Shown piece by piece: positions 18,946 through 29,561 of a stretch of 64,000 nt of DNA. Within the stretch, counting starts at the first letter, position 1; each line of letters starts with the position of its first letter. The stretch covers positions 2,728,001 through 2,792,000 of the forward strand of contig OX337235.1 in assembly GCA_946965045.2 (NCBI GenBank), given 5' to 3'. The position numbers and the translations under genes are program-made. The notes beneath the pieces were generated by a model, which searched no databases, had not been told where the DNA came from, and saw only the letters and a program-made list of their open reading frames with translations. This DNA comes from Epithemia pelagica (lineage: Eukaryota > Protista > Bacillariophyta).

Positions 18946-21903
18946 ATGTTTAAAAGGATCAAATGCCGAAGTCCCGTCTTTGATGGGAAGCACGGAAATC
19001 GACCAGAAAGTCTGAGAACACATTCCATGACGGATCCCATTCCAAACGGCACGCACCCATCACTCAGTTCGGACGGGAAGCACGACGAATTGCAGTCAGG
19101 TATACACACGAGTAGCAGACTGATCAGCAATTCAGGTGGACGGCAAAATGCCTCAAGTTATGACAACGATCACATTCACGATGGGAGTATCAACCGAAAC
19201 GACGACACAATTGACGATGGTTCTGAAGACGATTATTCGGAAGGTTCTTCCTATGAAATAGACAAGGATCGAGTGTTTATGGTGATTGAAGAAGTTCCCG
19301 AGACTCCCATACCAGCGTCACAACACCACATTTCATCTAACCGAGAAGAGATTTTTCACATCGGAGATTTTGACAGCGACAATGAGGCTGCAAGTGTAGA
19401 AGCATCCCCTACCCAAGACCTTTCGCAGAATAGCCATATTCCTCCCCACCGTCACCTTCCAATTGGTGCCAGGAGCAATAGAAAAGTCCCCATCATCGAC
19501 AAGGAAAATGGTGGTGGTGGGATATGGAGTACCTATTGGGTAGATGGTAGGAAGGAACCTGGAAGTCCTGAAGGAAAGGCAGATACTATGATCACGGAAC
19601 AGGATTCCTCATACTCGCTATCTTCCTTCGATGATGATAACTCAAATTCACCAAAGATCGATGCAAACACGACTTCCTTGGGGAAACATGTTATGATTAC
19701 GATTTCTTCGCATGATTCTGTCTGTACGTCTACATCATCGCAGGACTCTGTCAAGCTTTCCTGGCTTGGCGACCTCATGGACCGTCCAGAAGAACCCAAA
19801 GATGACTTGATTCATCAGGATCAACCAAACATGACCACCAAGCAGTCTGGTCGGAAACACGAGTTGAAACGAAAGATTGACCGTTCTAAGGCGGAAGGCA
19901 GTGATCCTGTCGAACGCATAGTGATTGTAGGCTCCATGTCAGGTGACTGGGATGAACCCGTCCCTATGAAGTCATTTTCTGCTGAGAACTACTCTATTTG
20001 TTCGGATCATGATTGTAGGAGTGTTGATGGGACAGACGAAGCCCTTGCAGCGCCTCCCCAATTGATTCGATCAGAAAATCCCGCCGGCGATGCTCCCAAA
20101 TTTGAGTCACAAGACAAAGAGTCAACCACGAAAAACGCTCTGATAACGGACTCGGAATCGTCAAATTGGGAGCTCGATGAGGATTCTCCTGAGATCGCAA
20201 CTGCGTCTTTATACTTAAACCCCAGTCCTACAAAGAGTCAAGGTCATGGGAAATTTGGAATTGACGCTAGAACAAAAATCGAAAAGGAAGATGGTGAAGC
20301 CGTCCGAGAAATGAATGGAAGTGAAAGTCGAGGACAGAAAGGCGTCTTGCAATCAAGTGCTTCTTCGTCTTCGTTTGAACGTGACTTTGGTCGCGATGTG
20401 CGTACTTCAACTCCGATTCGTCCAAGCACTCGACATTCATATTTATCGCCGATACGATCGATGAATGATGATGCCCTCCAAGCCGCTCTTCTAACACCAG
20501 TCGTAGTGAGACGGGAGTCTCTGGCTAGCGAAATAAAGTGCTCCCCGCGGTCCCAAGTTCACGAAGAAGATGAAGCGATCAAAGCAGCTGCCAGGACGCC
20601 AATACACAAACGACAAGCGTCTCTGACCGATGCTCTGTCTCGGCCTCTGGTCAAAGATGACAAAGATGAGGACGAAGCGCTTAGACATGCATCCTTGACA
20701 CCCGTTCATAAACGACAAGCTTCCTTAACAGGAGATTCGACTTCTGTATTCCGATCATCTCTTCAAGATAAAGACGTTGTGGAGGCAGCATGTTCCACTC
20801 CTGTTGAAAAGAGGAAAGCCGCATTAACAAATGAAGTCGCACCAATTCAAAGAAAGGCAACTCCTGAGAGCGATGACGCCCTCATGGCTGCATCTGCGAC
20901 GCCTGTCATTGCTCGGCGGGAACAGTTTATTAGAGAGTCTAGTTCAATCTTTCGCAAGTCACAAGTTGACGACGCAGCGCTCCAAGCGGCTTCAAGCACA
21001 CCAGTTGACTCAAGAAGAGCCTCCCTCCCTCTGGATAAGGACGCAAAACCCTCCACCCCCGAAAGGCATAATACTCTCTTGGCGTGTGCAGCACAAGCCA
21101 GTTCGCGCCGCAGGTCCCCGAGTGCTGGTCCACCATCTGCCGCCCGAAGTTCTCCTGGATCTTCGGACGCACTGGATGCAGCCTCCAAGGTTCCAGTAAA
21201 CGAACGACGAGAGGCCCTGGCTCGTGGATTCAGCCAATCGGCTTGTGCTTCCCTTCGTCTTCAAGCTGAATTAGATGCCTTAAAGCAGAAATCGCTCGTT
21301 TCGTCTCGGTGCCAGCATCGAAACCGCAGAGCACGTAATGACCGCTTGTTCTTTCGCCTGGGTCAGAAAAAAGGTGGGATGAGCGAGAAGGACTACCTCC
21401 GACTTGAGAACTTTCTCCCACATGACAGGGTTATGTACGAGTTGAAGGCAACATCAGGTCTCTATGACTTTCAAGACGAACCACCGATGAATGAAGATTT
21501 GGAAAATCTGACGCTCCGCATTTGGTTAACTTGTCCAACAGAGAAGATCTTTGAAATTGTCACTGTAACACTTCGAGCCAAAATGACTGTGGAAGAAGTT
21601 TTGGAGGAGGCTTGTTCCCTCGCCTTAGATCCTGTGTTGAGTGAGCAACAATACGTCAGTCTATGTAACAAGAAGCATGAGATGGTCAACTCACCCAAGT
21701 CTGTCGCGCCTTTGGTCAATGGCACGTCATCATCGAAACGTCACTTAACCCTTATGGCAGTGCCATTCGGATCCACAGCGGCGCTGGTAAGGGCAATCCG
21801 ACGAGTACTAGAGAAAACAGATCGAGTGAAGCGCGCCCTGACGAAGCGTGAACGGGACCCACTTAGTATGAGCAACGGGAAAAAGAGTCGAGAGTGGGTC
21901 TAA
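18946..21903 (+). CDS. Large, mostly disordered protein with ~7 internal A-x-x-A-x-x-T-P-V-x-x-R repeats and a small folded C-terminal domain
   Basis: 985-aa ORF; repeats at 20461-21220; the C-terminal LTLRIW...VTVTLRAKMTVEEVLEEAC segment resembles a ubiquitin-like/RA fold. Confidence 0.65.
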   Translation: MFKRIKCRSPVFDGKHGNRPESLRTHSMTDPIPNGTHPSLSSDGKHDELQSGIHTSSRLISNSGGRQNASSYDNDHIHDGSINRNDDTIDDGSEDDYSEGSSYEIDKDRVFMVIEEVPETPIPASQHHISSNREEIFHIGDFDSDNEAASVEASPTQDLSQNSHIPPHRHLPIGARSNRKVPIIDKENGGGGIWSTYWVDGRKEPGSPEGKADTMITEQDSSYSLSSFDDDNSNSPKIDANTTSLGKHVMITISSHDSVCTSTSSQDSVKLSWLGDLMDRPEEPKDDLIHQDQPNMTTKQSGRKHELKRKIDRSKAEGSDPVERIVIVGSMSGDWDEPVPMKSFSAENYSICSDHDCRSVDGTDEALAAPPQLIRSENPAGDAPKFESQDKESTTKNALITDSESSNWELDEDSPEIATASLYLNPSPTKSQGHGKFGIDARTKIEKEDGEAVREMNGSESRGQKGVLQSSASSSSFERDFGRDVRTSTPIRPSTRHSYLSPIRSMNDDALQAALLTPVVVRRESLASEIKCSPRSQVHEEDEAIKAAARTPIHKRQASLTDALSRPLVKDDKDEDEALRHASLTPVHKRQASLTGDSTSVFRSSLQDKDVVEAACSTPVEKRKAALTNEVAPIQRKATPESDDALMAASATPVIARREQFIRESSSIFRKSQVDDAALQAASSTPVDSRRASLPLDKDAKPSTPERHNTLLACAAQASSRRRSPSAGPPSAARSSPGSSDALDAASKVPVNERREALARGFSQSACASLRLQAELDALKQKSLVSSRCQHRNRRARNDRLFFRLGQKKGGMSEKDYLRLENFLPHDRVMYELKATSGLYDFQDEPPMNEDLENLTLRIWLTCPTEKIFEIVTVTLRAKMTVEEVLEEACSLALDPVLSEQQYVSLCNKKHEMVNSPKSVAPLVNGTSSSKRHLTLMAVPFGSTAALVRAIRRVLEKTDRVKRALTKRERDPLSMSNGKKSREWV

Positions 21904-22336
21904 TGGACAACTCTGATCGTCGTTCTTTTCACAAGTTGAGGGTTTCTCATATCGGGAAACCAGCGGATTGTTAGTAGCTAATAGCTAAGGCTGAACTGGT
22001 CCTGATCAAAGCAACATCATAGATATACATGAGTATCTTTTATCAATTCTTATCTCATTTCTCAGTAAGTAGGTTACCAGATACCAGACACTTACTCTTA
22101 GGAGTAGCTTCTCACTTTAGCTAGAGCTAGAGAGTGCCTAGCGGGCCTAACAGCAGCACTCAGCGATGTATGCATGCAGCGGGACTGCATTGTCTTTTCG
22201 GGAGTCGTCTGACCGATGAGAAGAAACGTCAGCGTTTTTCTTCCACGCAGTTTGCAAAAACTGCAACGGAAGACGGGACGGACACAAAAAGGAACCAGAC
22301 TGGTTTTAACATTATCAATTATCATCCCTTGGATAA

Positions 22337-23827
22337 ATGGTCAAGATGAAATATCTGTGGTACTATACGCTCCTTTTACCTATCAATACACACAACTTTT
22401 GCAATGGCTTCACCGTTATCGGCCCAGGGACGCATCACTGTTGCTCCTGGAGGCCGTTGTTCATGGTGTTTGACGGCGACATGGCCCAAGCAAATGGCCT
22501 TGGCGGATATCCTCACAATACGACAGACGGCCTTTCTTCAAGACCCAAAGGGCGAAGTGCCTCGTTCGCACGTTCACAAAGTATCGATACCCTGGAAACT
22601 TGGTCCCCTTCCGCTTTGGATGATATGGGGAGACGTGATATTACAACACAACGCATTGGAAACACATATAAACAAAACCAACAACGAGTTTCATTTCGTG
22701 ATAATCAAGACGAACCAAGCCAGGTTGTAATGGAAAGGTCATTGGGATCTGTTGAACAAGATGCTCAGCGAACACGGTTGTTGAACGAGCGTTTTTATGC
22801 GAGAAAAGATTCTTTTGAACCTGAAAATCTTCGGAGGCCACCTGGTCTTGAAGACCTGTCCTCAGCGAGCGAAACAGGGAATTGGGCAGACAAGTTCTGG
22901 ATCACCCTCCCGGCTCGTTTCTTCACCTTTGGGGTGGCTTATCTCGTCTTTCCTTACATAATGTCTATGTTGGATCGTTTTGTCACAATGGCACCCGATC
23001 AATTGGATGAGATCACCAGCCGGTTTGGACCCGGTATCGCCATTCTTTACGGTACATTCACATCCCTGACAATATCAATTCTGTACCAAAGGCAGAAGTC
23101 AATACAGGAAACTGTCGCCACGGAAGCATCGCTTCTGTCATTAATATTGAGAAGCGTCCTCTCGCTGTTTCGAGGTGATACGGATCGGACGATTCAAGCC
23201 GGCCAAGCTGTGGCGGACCAAGTTCGCACATTAGTGAAGTCAGGACGTGGAGTGGAATTGATGCAGATTATGCATACTGATCCTTATTCACGATTGTTTG
23301 AATTGGTCGATGACTTTGCCAACAACGTTTCTGATCCTGAATTCGGCCGGAAGGACTCGTTGATTGGGTATTGTCGAGACACATTTCGAGAACTCACCAA
23401 AGTGAGAGCCGTTCGACTCGCCGAAGAGGCGCGTGCGCTACCACCTACCCACTTTTTGATCCTCAATGCCTTGACATCCCTCATCCTTCTCGCATACTGC
23501 GTGAATACACTCCCCACACTCGATCGTATTGGGGAACCTCCCAGTGAGAGCTCACTGATATTTGGCCTCTTGACGACAGTGTATATATTGTTTTACAATT
23601 TCGCAGACGACCTCAACAACCCATTTGAAGGCGTGTATCAAATCCGTCGAAGCACAGCAGCCAGTCATTTATTGGAAATCAAATGGCTTATCGTGAGTGA
23701 TCCATTGCTCCGAGACTCTGTGCAGTTTGAAGAAATACCAGAGCCGTTGGAGAAGACAATGGTTCTTCCTTCAGGTCTTGGCGACTGTCGATTTGATATG
23801 GATAGATTCGACGGCGTCTCCAGCTAA
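22337..23827 (+). CDS. DUF4239-like (bestrophin-like) membrane protein, probably plastid-targeted
   Basis: Signal peptide followed by a GF cleavage-like motif, four hydrophobic helices, and a DLNNPFEGVYQI motif. Confidence 0.6.
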   Translation: MVKMKYLWYYTLLLPINTHNFCNGFTVIGPGTHHCCSWRPLFMVFDGDMAQANGLGGYPHNTTDGLSSRPKGRSASFARSQSIDTLETWSPSALDDMGRRDITTQRIGNTYKQNQQRVSFRDNQDEPSQVVMERSLGSVEQDAQRTRLLNERFYARKDSFEPENLRRPPGLEDLSSASETGNWADKFWITLPARFFTFGVAYLVFPYIMSMLDRFVTMAPDQLDEITSRFGPGIAILYGTFTSLTISILYQRQKSIQETVATEASLLSLILRSVLSLFRGDTDRTIQAGQAVADQVRTLVKSGRGVELMQIMHTDPYSRLFELVDDFANNVSDPEFGRKDSLIGYCRDTFRELTKVRAVRLAEEARALPPTHFLILNALTSLILLAYCVNTLPTLDRIGEPPSESSLIFGLLTTVYILFYNFADDLNNPFEGVYQIRRSTAASHLLEIKWLIVSDPLLRDSVQFEEIPEPLEKTMVLPSGLGDCRFDMDRFDGVSS

Positions 23828-24057
23828 ACTTGTCTCAGTGAGCTCGTTACGGTCACTGTCCACTCTTAAAAACTCTTGGACTGCTGACTGGCCCGATTTT
23901 GAGTCAATAAAAACAACAGTATTTCATGCCAGAGCAGTGAAGTGTTTCGGAACAGATCCGACCCAACTTCTCGGGAAGAAGAGAACCCCAGTTTTCTGAA
24001 ACGATATCACAGGTAGGAGTTCTCCTCTGTTGTCTGCAAGTTAGAAAAGTCTTTTTC

Positions 24058-24525
24058 CTACTTTTTGGTCATTCGCACCTTGCCTCCCACTAGCTTCAAC
24101 GCCGCCAGTCCTCGTATCGTGGCCGGTCGTGCAAAGACGGTTTGGCAAGAGGGGCATGCATAGTTGGATTCCTTGTCGTTTTCAGGTCGATTCTGCAAAA
24201 TTTGAGCGGAATCTTCTGCGATCCGTTCCACGAAGCACTTAATTAGATTTGACTTGGTGCCATTTTTCTTTTTGTACCGAAACAGCCGCTCTCCACACTT
24301 GGCGCAATTCACACTGACGGTTTGGTAAGAATCGACCACTGAGCCTCGCTTCGGTTTTGCCAGCCGTTTCGTCGAACTCGTATAAGGGCAATGTTTCAAG
24401 GAAGGATGAACCGTAATCTTGGGAGACATCGGATGGCCTATACAAAAAGCGGACAGGAAGGTTGACGAATCAAACGCTGCCAAAAAGCATAACATCAGAC
24501 CTCGCGGCCACTTCCTCGCCATCAT
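24058..24525 (-). CDS. Small Zn-ribbon protein (two CxxC pairs), probably plastid-targeted
   Basis: CAKC and CPSC pairs; signal peptide followed by an SAF motif. Confidence 0.6.
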   Translation of the reverse strand: MMARKWPRGLMLCFLAAFDSSTFLSAFCIGHPMSPKITVHPSLKHCPYTSSTKRLAKPKRGSVVDSYQTVSVNCAKCGERLFRYKKKNGTKSNLIKCFVERIAEDSAQILQNRPENDKESNYACPSCQTVFARPATIRGLAALKLVGGKVRMTKK

Positions 24526-24746
24526 GGTGAACGTAGCAAAAGCACGGCAGCGAGTCGAACATGCAAACGCCCTAGCGGTTTCTTTGATTTAGACCGTCTG
24601 TCCTCCGTACAACTCGATTTCCCCTCTTTCTTCCGACCAAATCTCTTCGTTTCATTTTTTCCACCAGCGTCGTCGCAAGCGGCAAGGTGCTTCTTCCAAA
24701 GCTTTCCAGTTTCAGAAAGACATAGTGTCGCATCCATAACCCGACA

Positions 24747-26577
24747 ATGATGCAAGGGGGGCAGTATCCTGGAGGGTCAGGACCCCAAGTACTTGTACTG
24801 AGTAAGTCGCCGCAATTATTTGCAGTCATGTCGAGTCGACGCGTCTTTGGTTGCGTATGTACAATACACATAAAGTTTTAGTTCAAGACTCTAATGCTTG
24901 TTTTGTTTTGTCGTCGTAGATCAGAAAACGCAGCGTCAGACTGGTCGACCAGCCCAACTGGCTAACATTCGGGCGGCGCGGGCTGTTGCGTCCATTATTC
25001 GGACGACATTAGGGCCTCAAAGTATGCTGAAAATGCTTCTCGATCCAATGGGAAGTATTGTGCTGACCAATGACGGCCACGCCATTTTAAGAGAAGTGGA
25101 TGTTAGCCATCCGGCGGCCAAATCCATGATTGAACTTAGTCGGGCCCAAGATGAAGAGGTTGGTGATGGTACAACATCTGTCATTGTTTTGGCAGCCGAA
25201 GTGCTTGGACAAGCCGAACCCTTTTTGCGAGAAGATAATGTCCATCCTACAGTCTTGGTTTCTGCGTACACAAAGTGTCTGGCAGCGGCTCTTGAGATCA
25301 TTGAGCAACAGGCCATTACTGTAGACGTCATTTCCGACAAGGAATGGATGCAAAAGCTGGTCCAATCATCGCTTTCGACCAAGTTCAGTGGTCGATGGAA
25401 CGATAAAATGGTCGAAATGGCTTTACAGGCCGTCCTCACTGTCGCACAACCCGTGGTTTCTTCTAGCCAGTCTAATGTTGGACTTTCGAATGGATCTACA
25501 TCAGAAACAACCATGCAACCAATGGAAGTTGATTTGAAGCGCTATGCCAAGACGGAAAAGATTCCGGGTGGTGAAATGGAGGATTGCGAAGTGTTGCGCG
25601 GTGTCATGTTTAATAAAGATACGGTCCATTCATCTATGCGACGTAAGATTGTGAATCCTCGAATCTTACTTCTTGACACACCGTTGGAATACAAAAAAGG
25701 AGAATCACAAACGAATATGGAAATCACACAGGAAGAGGATTGGAGTGCCTTGTTGAAAATGGAAGAAGAATATGTCGCCAATATATGCCAAGAGATTATT
25801 GCTGCCAAGCCTGACATTGTCATCACCGAAAAAGGAGTGAGCGATTTGGCACAGCACCATTTGGCGAAGGCGAATATCACAGCTTTCCGGCGGTTGCGCA
25901 AAACGGACAACAATCGAGTGGCCCGTGCCGTGGGTGCGACCATTGTGAGTCGGACCGATGAAATTCAAGAATCCGACATTGGGTTGGGTTGTGGTTTGTT
26001 TGAAATGCGCAAAGTCGGAAATGATTGGTTCTGCTATTTGACAGAATGTAAAGATCCCAAGGCATGTACAATTGTGCTTCGTGGTGGATCCAAGGATGTG
26101 CTGAACGAGGTTGAACGCAACTTGCAAGATGCCATGCAAGTGGTACGGAATGTCGTCCACAATCCCAAACTGGTACCAGGTGGAGGAGCGATCGAAATGG
26201 CATTGTCGGTGGCGTTGAAACGAAGAGGCCAGACTCTTCAAGGCGTCCAACAAGCACCCTTTCTGGCTGTGGCCGAAGCACTGGAAGTCATTCCAAGAAC
26301 CTTGGCGCAGAATTGTGGCGTTAGTGTGATTCGGACAATCACGCAGCTACGTGCCAAGCATGCAGCAGCCTACGACCAAGCGAATGACGAGAAGGCGATG
26401 GTTCGTTGTTCTTGGGGGATCAATGGAGAAACTGGTCAACTAGCGGATATGAACGACTACGGCATTTGGGAACCAGTCAGCGTCAAGGCACAAACCATCA
26501 AAACAGCGATTGAAAGTGCCTGTATGATTCTGCGTATTGATGATATTGTGTCTGGGTCGAAGAAACGGGAGGCCTGA
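24747..26577 (+). CDS. CCT3: T-complex protein 1 subunit gamma; exons 24747-24801 and 24920-26577
   Basis: The intron gtaagt...tag joins VLVL to NQKTQRQTGRPAQLANI. Diagnostic motifs RTTLGPQSMLKMLLDP, GDGTTSV, KIPGG and LRIDDIVSG. Confidence 0.95.
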
Positions 26578-26677
26578 GACAGTCCAGTAGTTTCAAAGGA
26601 AGGCATGGACTCAAAGTAGATCCTTTTAAGAGCATGCGACATGTTGGTTGTCTTGTCTAGAACAAAGCGTAGAACCT

Positions 26678-27682
26678 CTATCTCCACCATGAATTAACAC
26701 TTATGGAGAAATCAAGAGACTTTGCTGAATGCCACCATTTTTCAGGGATGAACAAAATGTCTCCAGGATGAAGGGTAGCTTGTTGTGCCACAACGTGAAC
26801 TGGTGGAGCTTGAGGGAAGCGCGCTCGATCCACCTCATCCAGGTTGTGGATACTGCTGGTGTTGTATTGTTGTCCGTATTCCTCACCTGCATACAATGTA
26901 TTGGGATTGACCTCTGGATGAGTGGGATCTATGAGAATGACTCGTTTCCGCCCCACCACTTGGATCAACAAGTTGCTCAATGGATCGTAGTGCAACGGTG
27001 AAAAGGCAAAGGGTGGGCCCATCCAAAACATGCACTGGTATTGTTTGCCTTCTCCCATGCCAAACTTGGGATCTGAGCAGAGAGTCGGAATTCTGACATC
27101 CTCCGCCAAGGCAGCAGGAAGGTCACGCTGTGCCAAGTACAAGATATGCTCACTGCTTGGCTCTGGAGGGTCATCCAAAGAATCAGCCTCGTTGTTGTCG
27201 TCGGGAACTGAAGAGGTGCCATACATAGATTCAAACATGTTCAAATATTCCACGTACTGTGAAAACGGTATGGTAACATTCTCTCCCTTATTGTAATGTC
27301 CAATCTCGACATCAAAATGCTGATCGGATCCGATGCGGTCCGTCAGATAGTGTCGATCTTGCCAGGATTCCATGGCCTTTGTCCATTTCTCATTGGCATG
27401 CAGATATCCACCCAAAACAACTGGGGACTCGCTTCGGAAAAACGGTTGCAAGGCGTCCACCAAGGCAGCGTCGATGGAATCGTTGCTTTGACTGTATTCG
27501 CTTTCATCCTTTTCGGAAATCTTTGGCAAATCCACGTACGAAACATCCGGTATCCGACCATGTTCCTGCAAGGATGTTGCTGTTTGGCAGAATCCCCGTT
27601 TCGTAGACGCTATAACGTCGACGTCTTTCGTCGCCCATCGACAGGGTAGAAAACGGCGTGGGAAAGGACCTCTCGATATCAT
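26678..27682 (-). CDS. JmjC/cupin-8 2OG-Fe(II) oxygenase (JMJD5/KDM8-like)
   Basis: YLAQ, FWMGP...SPLHYDP...NLLIQVVGRKRV and LHPGDILFIPEKWWH motifs give an HxD...H metal triad. Confidence 0.85.
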   Translation of the reverse strand: MISRGPFPRRFLPCRWATKDVDVIASTKRGFCQTATSLQEHGRIPDVSYVDLPKISEKDESEYSQSNDSIDAALVDALQPFFRSESPVVLGGYLHANEKWTKAMESWQDRHYLTDRIGSDQHFDVEIGHYNKGENVTIPFSQYVEYLNMFESMYGTSSVPDDNNEADSLDDPPEPSSEHILYLAQRDLPAALAEDVRIPTLCSDPKFGMGEGKQYQCMFWMGPPFAFSPLHYDPLSNLLIQVVGRKRVILIDPTHPEVNPNTLYAGEEYGQQYNTSSIHNLDEVDRARFPQAPPVHVVAQQATLHPGDILFIPEKWWHSAKSLDFSISVNSWWR

Positions 27683-28351
27683 AATATATGGTATAGTCTG
27701 AGACTGAGATCAGGTCAGATGTCGATCCCGCTTGTGTTCTACACGCCATTTTCAAAATAACCCAACGTCGTTGTGAATAACCGACGGTCAGACGCATTGC
27801 AATATGCAGAATAAACCCCAGCGGTTACGGGCAAGTATTGCAAAATACCCCCAGCGAGGGAGTTCTGAGGTACGCGAGTAAGGTACTAAGGAGCAAACCA
27901 ACAGAAACGCTCGTATGCGCGCCGTCCATCCATCATCCGCAGTCACAGTCACCACAACCAGACACGCAATCTTATTAACAATAAGGCCATTCTGGGAAAA
28001 TTTCTGCGAGCGCGCATGGCTTTACTATGAAATTCAGTCGTAAACGTACCTGGTACGCGCGTCACTTGTCACTGGGTCTCTACTGTAAGTCATAAACTCA
28101 AAAAAGCATAAATCCTATATTTACGTTCGGAAAACACATTTTTAGTATAAGACGATGACTGCTACTGTAAGTCATAAAACCTAACCAGTGTCATTCTTTG
28201 GACAACCCAACGCACGTTATAGGATATACACAACCATATATATGCATTGGCATGTCGCGCCATTTTCCCCCACGAAACCTCCCTCCACCTCGACACGCCT
28301 TTCGGCCTCATCGTCATCCTAACCTGTAGTAATATTTGTTGTTGTAATACC

Positions 28352-29536
28352 ATGGATGAAGACGATTCATTGATCCTTCTCCTCCTGGAGGAGGAGAAGA
28401 AGAAGAAGAAGCTTCGTCTTGAGGAAGCACAGCGTGTTCGTAATCGTTCGGGAGGGATTCGTCGCGCTGCTCTCCAACATCCAAAATACTCTTCGTTCAT
28501 GAGACTTTACAATAGTGGCGATGACCCCTCGTTGATAGCTTTGTGTGGCTTTGATCATGAGTCATTTGAGAGTCTGCTAAAGCTGTTCACGCCACTGTTT
28601 AACAGTTGGAGTCCCTATCCACAGAAAGCGAACAAAAAGTTTCACATGAGACGCGTTCGACAAACTGGGAGAACAGGACGGAAACGGCAAATAGACGCAA
28701 CGATATGTCTAGGATTAGTGCTCGCCTGGACGCGTACTCGTGGTTCAACGATCCCCTTGCAGGTCATCTTTGGGATGACTGCGAACCCAGTTTCTGTTTG
28801 GTTGCGCTTTGGGCGTCGTCTTCTGGTCAAAGTCCTCCAGAACCATCCGGACGCCGAGGTGAGAATGCCAACGCGAAGCGAAATAGCGAGCTTCAAGGCG
28901 GTTATTAGGGAGAAATACCCTGTGCTCAAGAATGTGTGGGGAGCGATGGACGGACTCAAAGTCCTCATCGAAGCTAACCCTGATCTTGAAAACATCTTCT
29001 ATAATGGATGGAAATGCGATCACTATATTTCAAACCTTTTTGTTTTTTCACCAGATGGAAGGATCCGGGCGTGTTACATCAACGCGCCTGGATCCTGGCA
29101 CGATTCTACGTTGGCCCACCTCTCGAAGATCTACGAAAAATTAGATGCCGTGCACGACAGTGAACAACGACGTGGTGGCGGGCGCATTGTCGTGGACTCT
29201 GCATTCGGATCGGAGAATCGCCCGAGCTTGTTGAAGTCGTATCAAAACAATGTGGATCGACAGGGTCGAGTGAGAAATACAAGGGAGATGTACAAGGCGG
29301 CCACTTCGGTGCGACAGCTGTCCGAGTGGGGGATGAGAGGCTTGCAAGCTTCCTTCCCTCGCCTGAAAGACCGCCTTAAGTATGAAGAGATGGGAGAAAG
29401 GAAGATTGTCCTGTCTCTCATTGTCCTATTGTACAACTACAGGGCTTCGTGTGTTGGCTTCAACCAGATTCGGACGACATTTTACCCCCATTTGTATCTT
29501 ACAGGACAACAGGGATACCATTCATCTCTTTCGTAG
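28352..29536 (+). CDS. Harbinger-type DDE transposase (DDE_Tnp_4-like)
   Basis: GAMDG, GSWHDS, IVVDSAF and SEWGMRGLQASFPRLK motifs; ATG at 28352 is in frame with track ORF 28247. Confidence 0.9.
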   Translation: MDEDDSLILLLLEEEKKKKKLRLEEAQRVRNRSGGIRRAALQHPKYSSFMRLYNSGDDPSLIALCGFDHESFESLLKLFTPLFNSWSPYPQKANKKFHMRRVRQTGRTGRKRQIDATICLGLVLAWTRTRGSTIPLQVIFGMTANPVSVWLRFGRRLLVKVLQNHPDAEVRMPTRSEIASFKAVIREKYPVLKNVWGAMDGLKVLIEANPDLENIFYNGWKCDHYISNLFVFSPDGRIRACYINAPGSWHDSTLAHLSKIYEKLDAVHDSEQRRGGGRIVVDSAFGSENRPSLLKSYQNNVDRQGRVRNTREMYKAATSVRQLSEWGMRGLQASFPRLKDRLKYEEMGERKIVLSLIVLLYNYRASCVGFNQIRTTFYPHLYLTGQQGYHSSLS

Positions 29537-29561
29537 TCAACTATACCAGTTATTTTATCTA

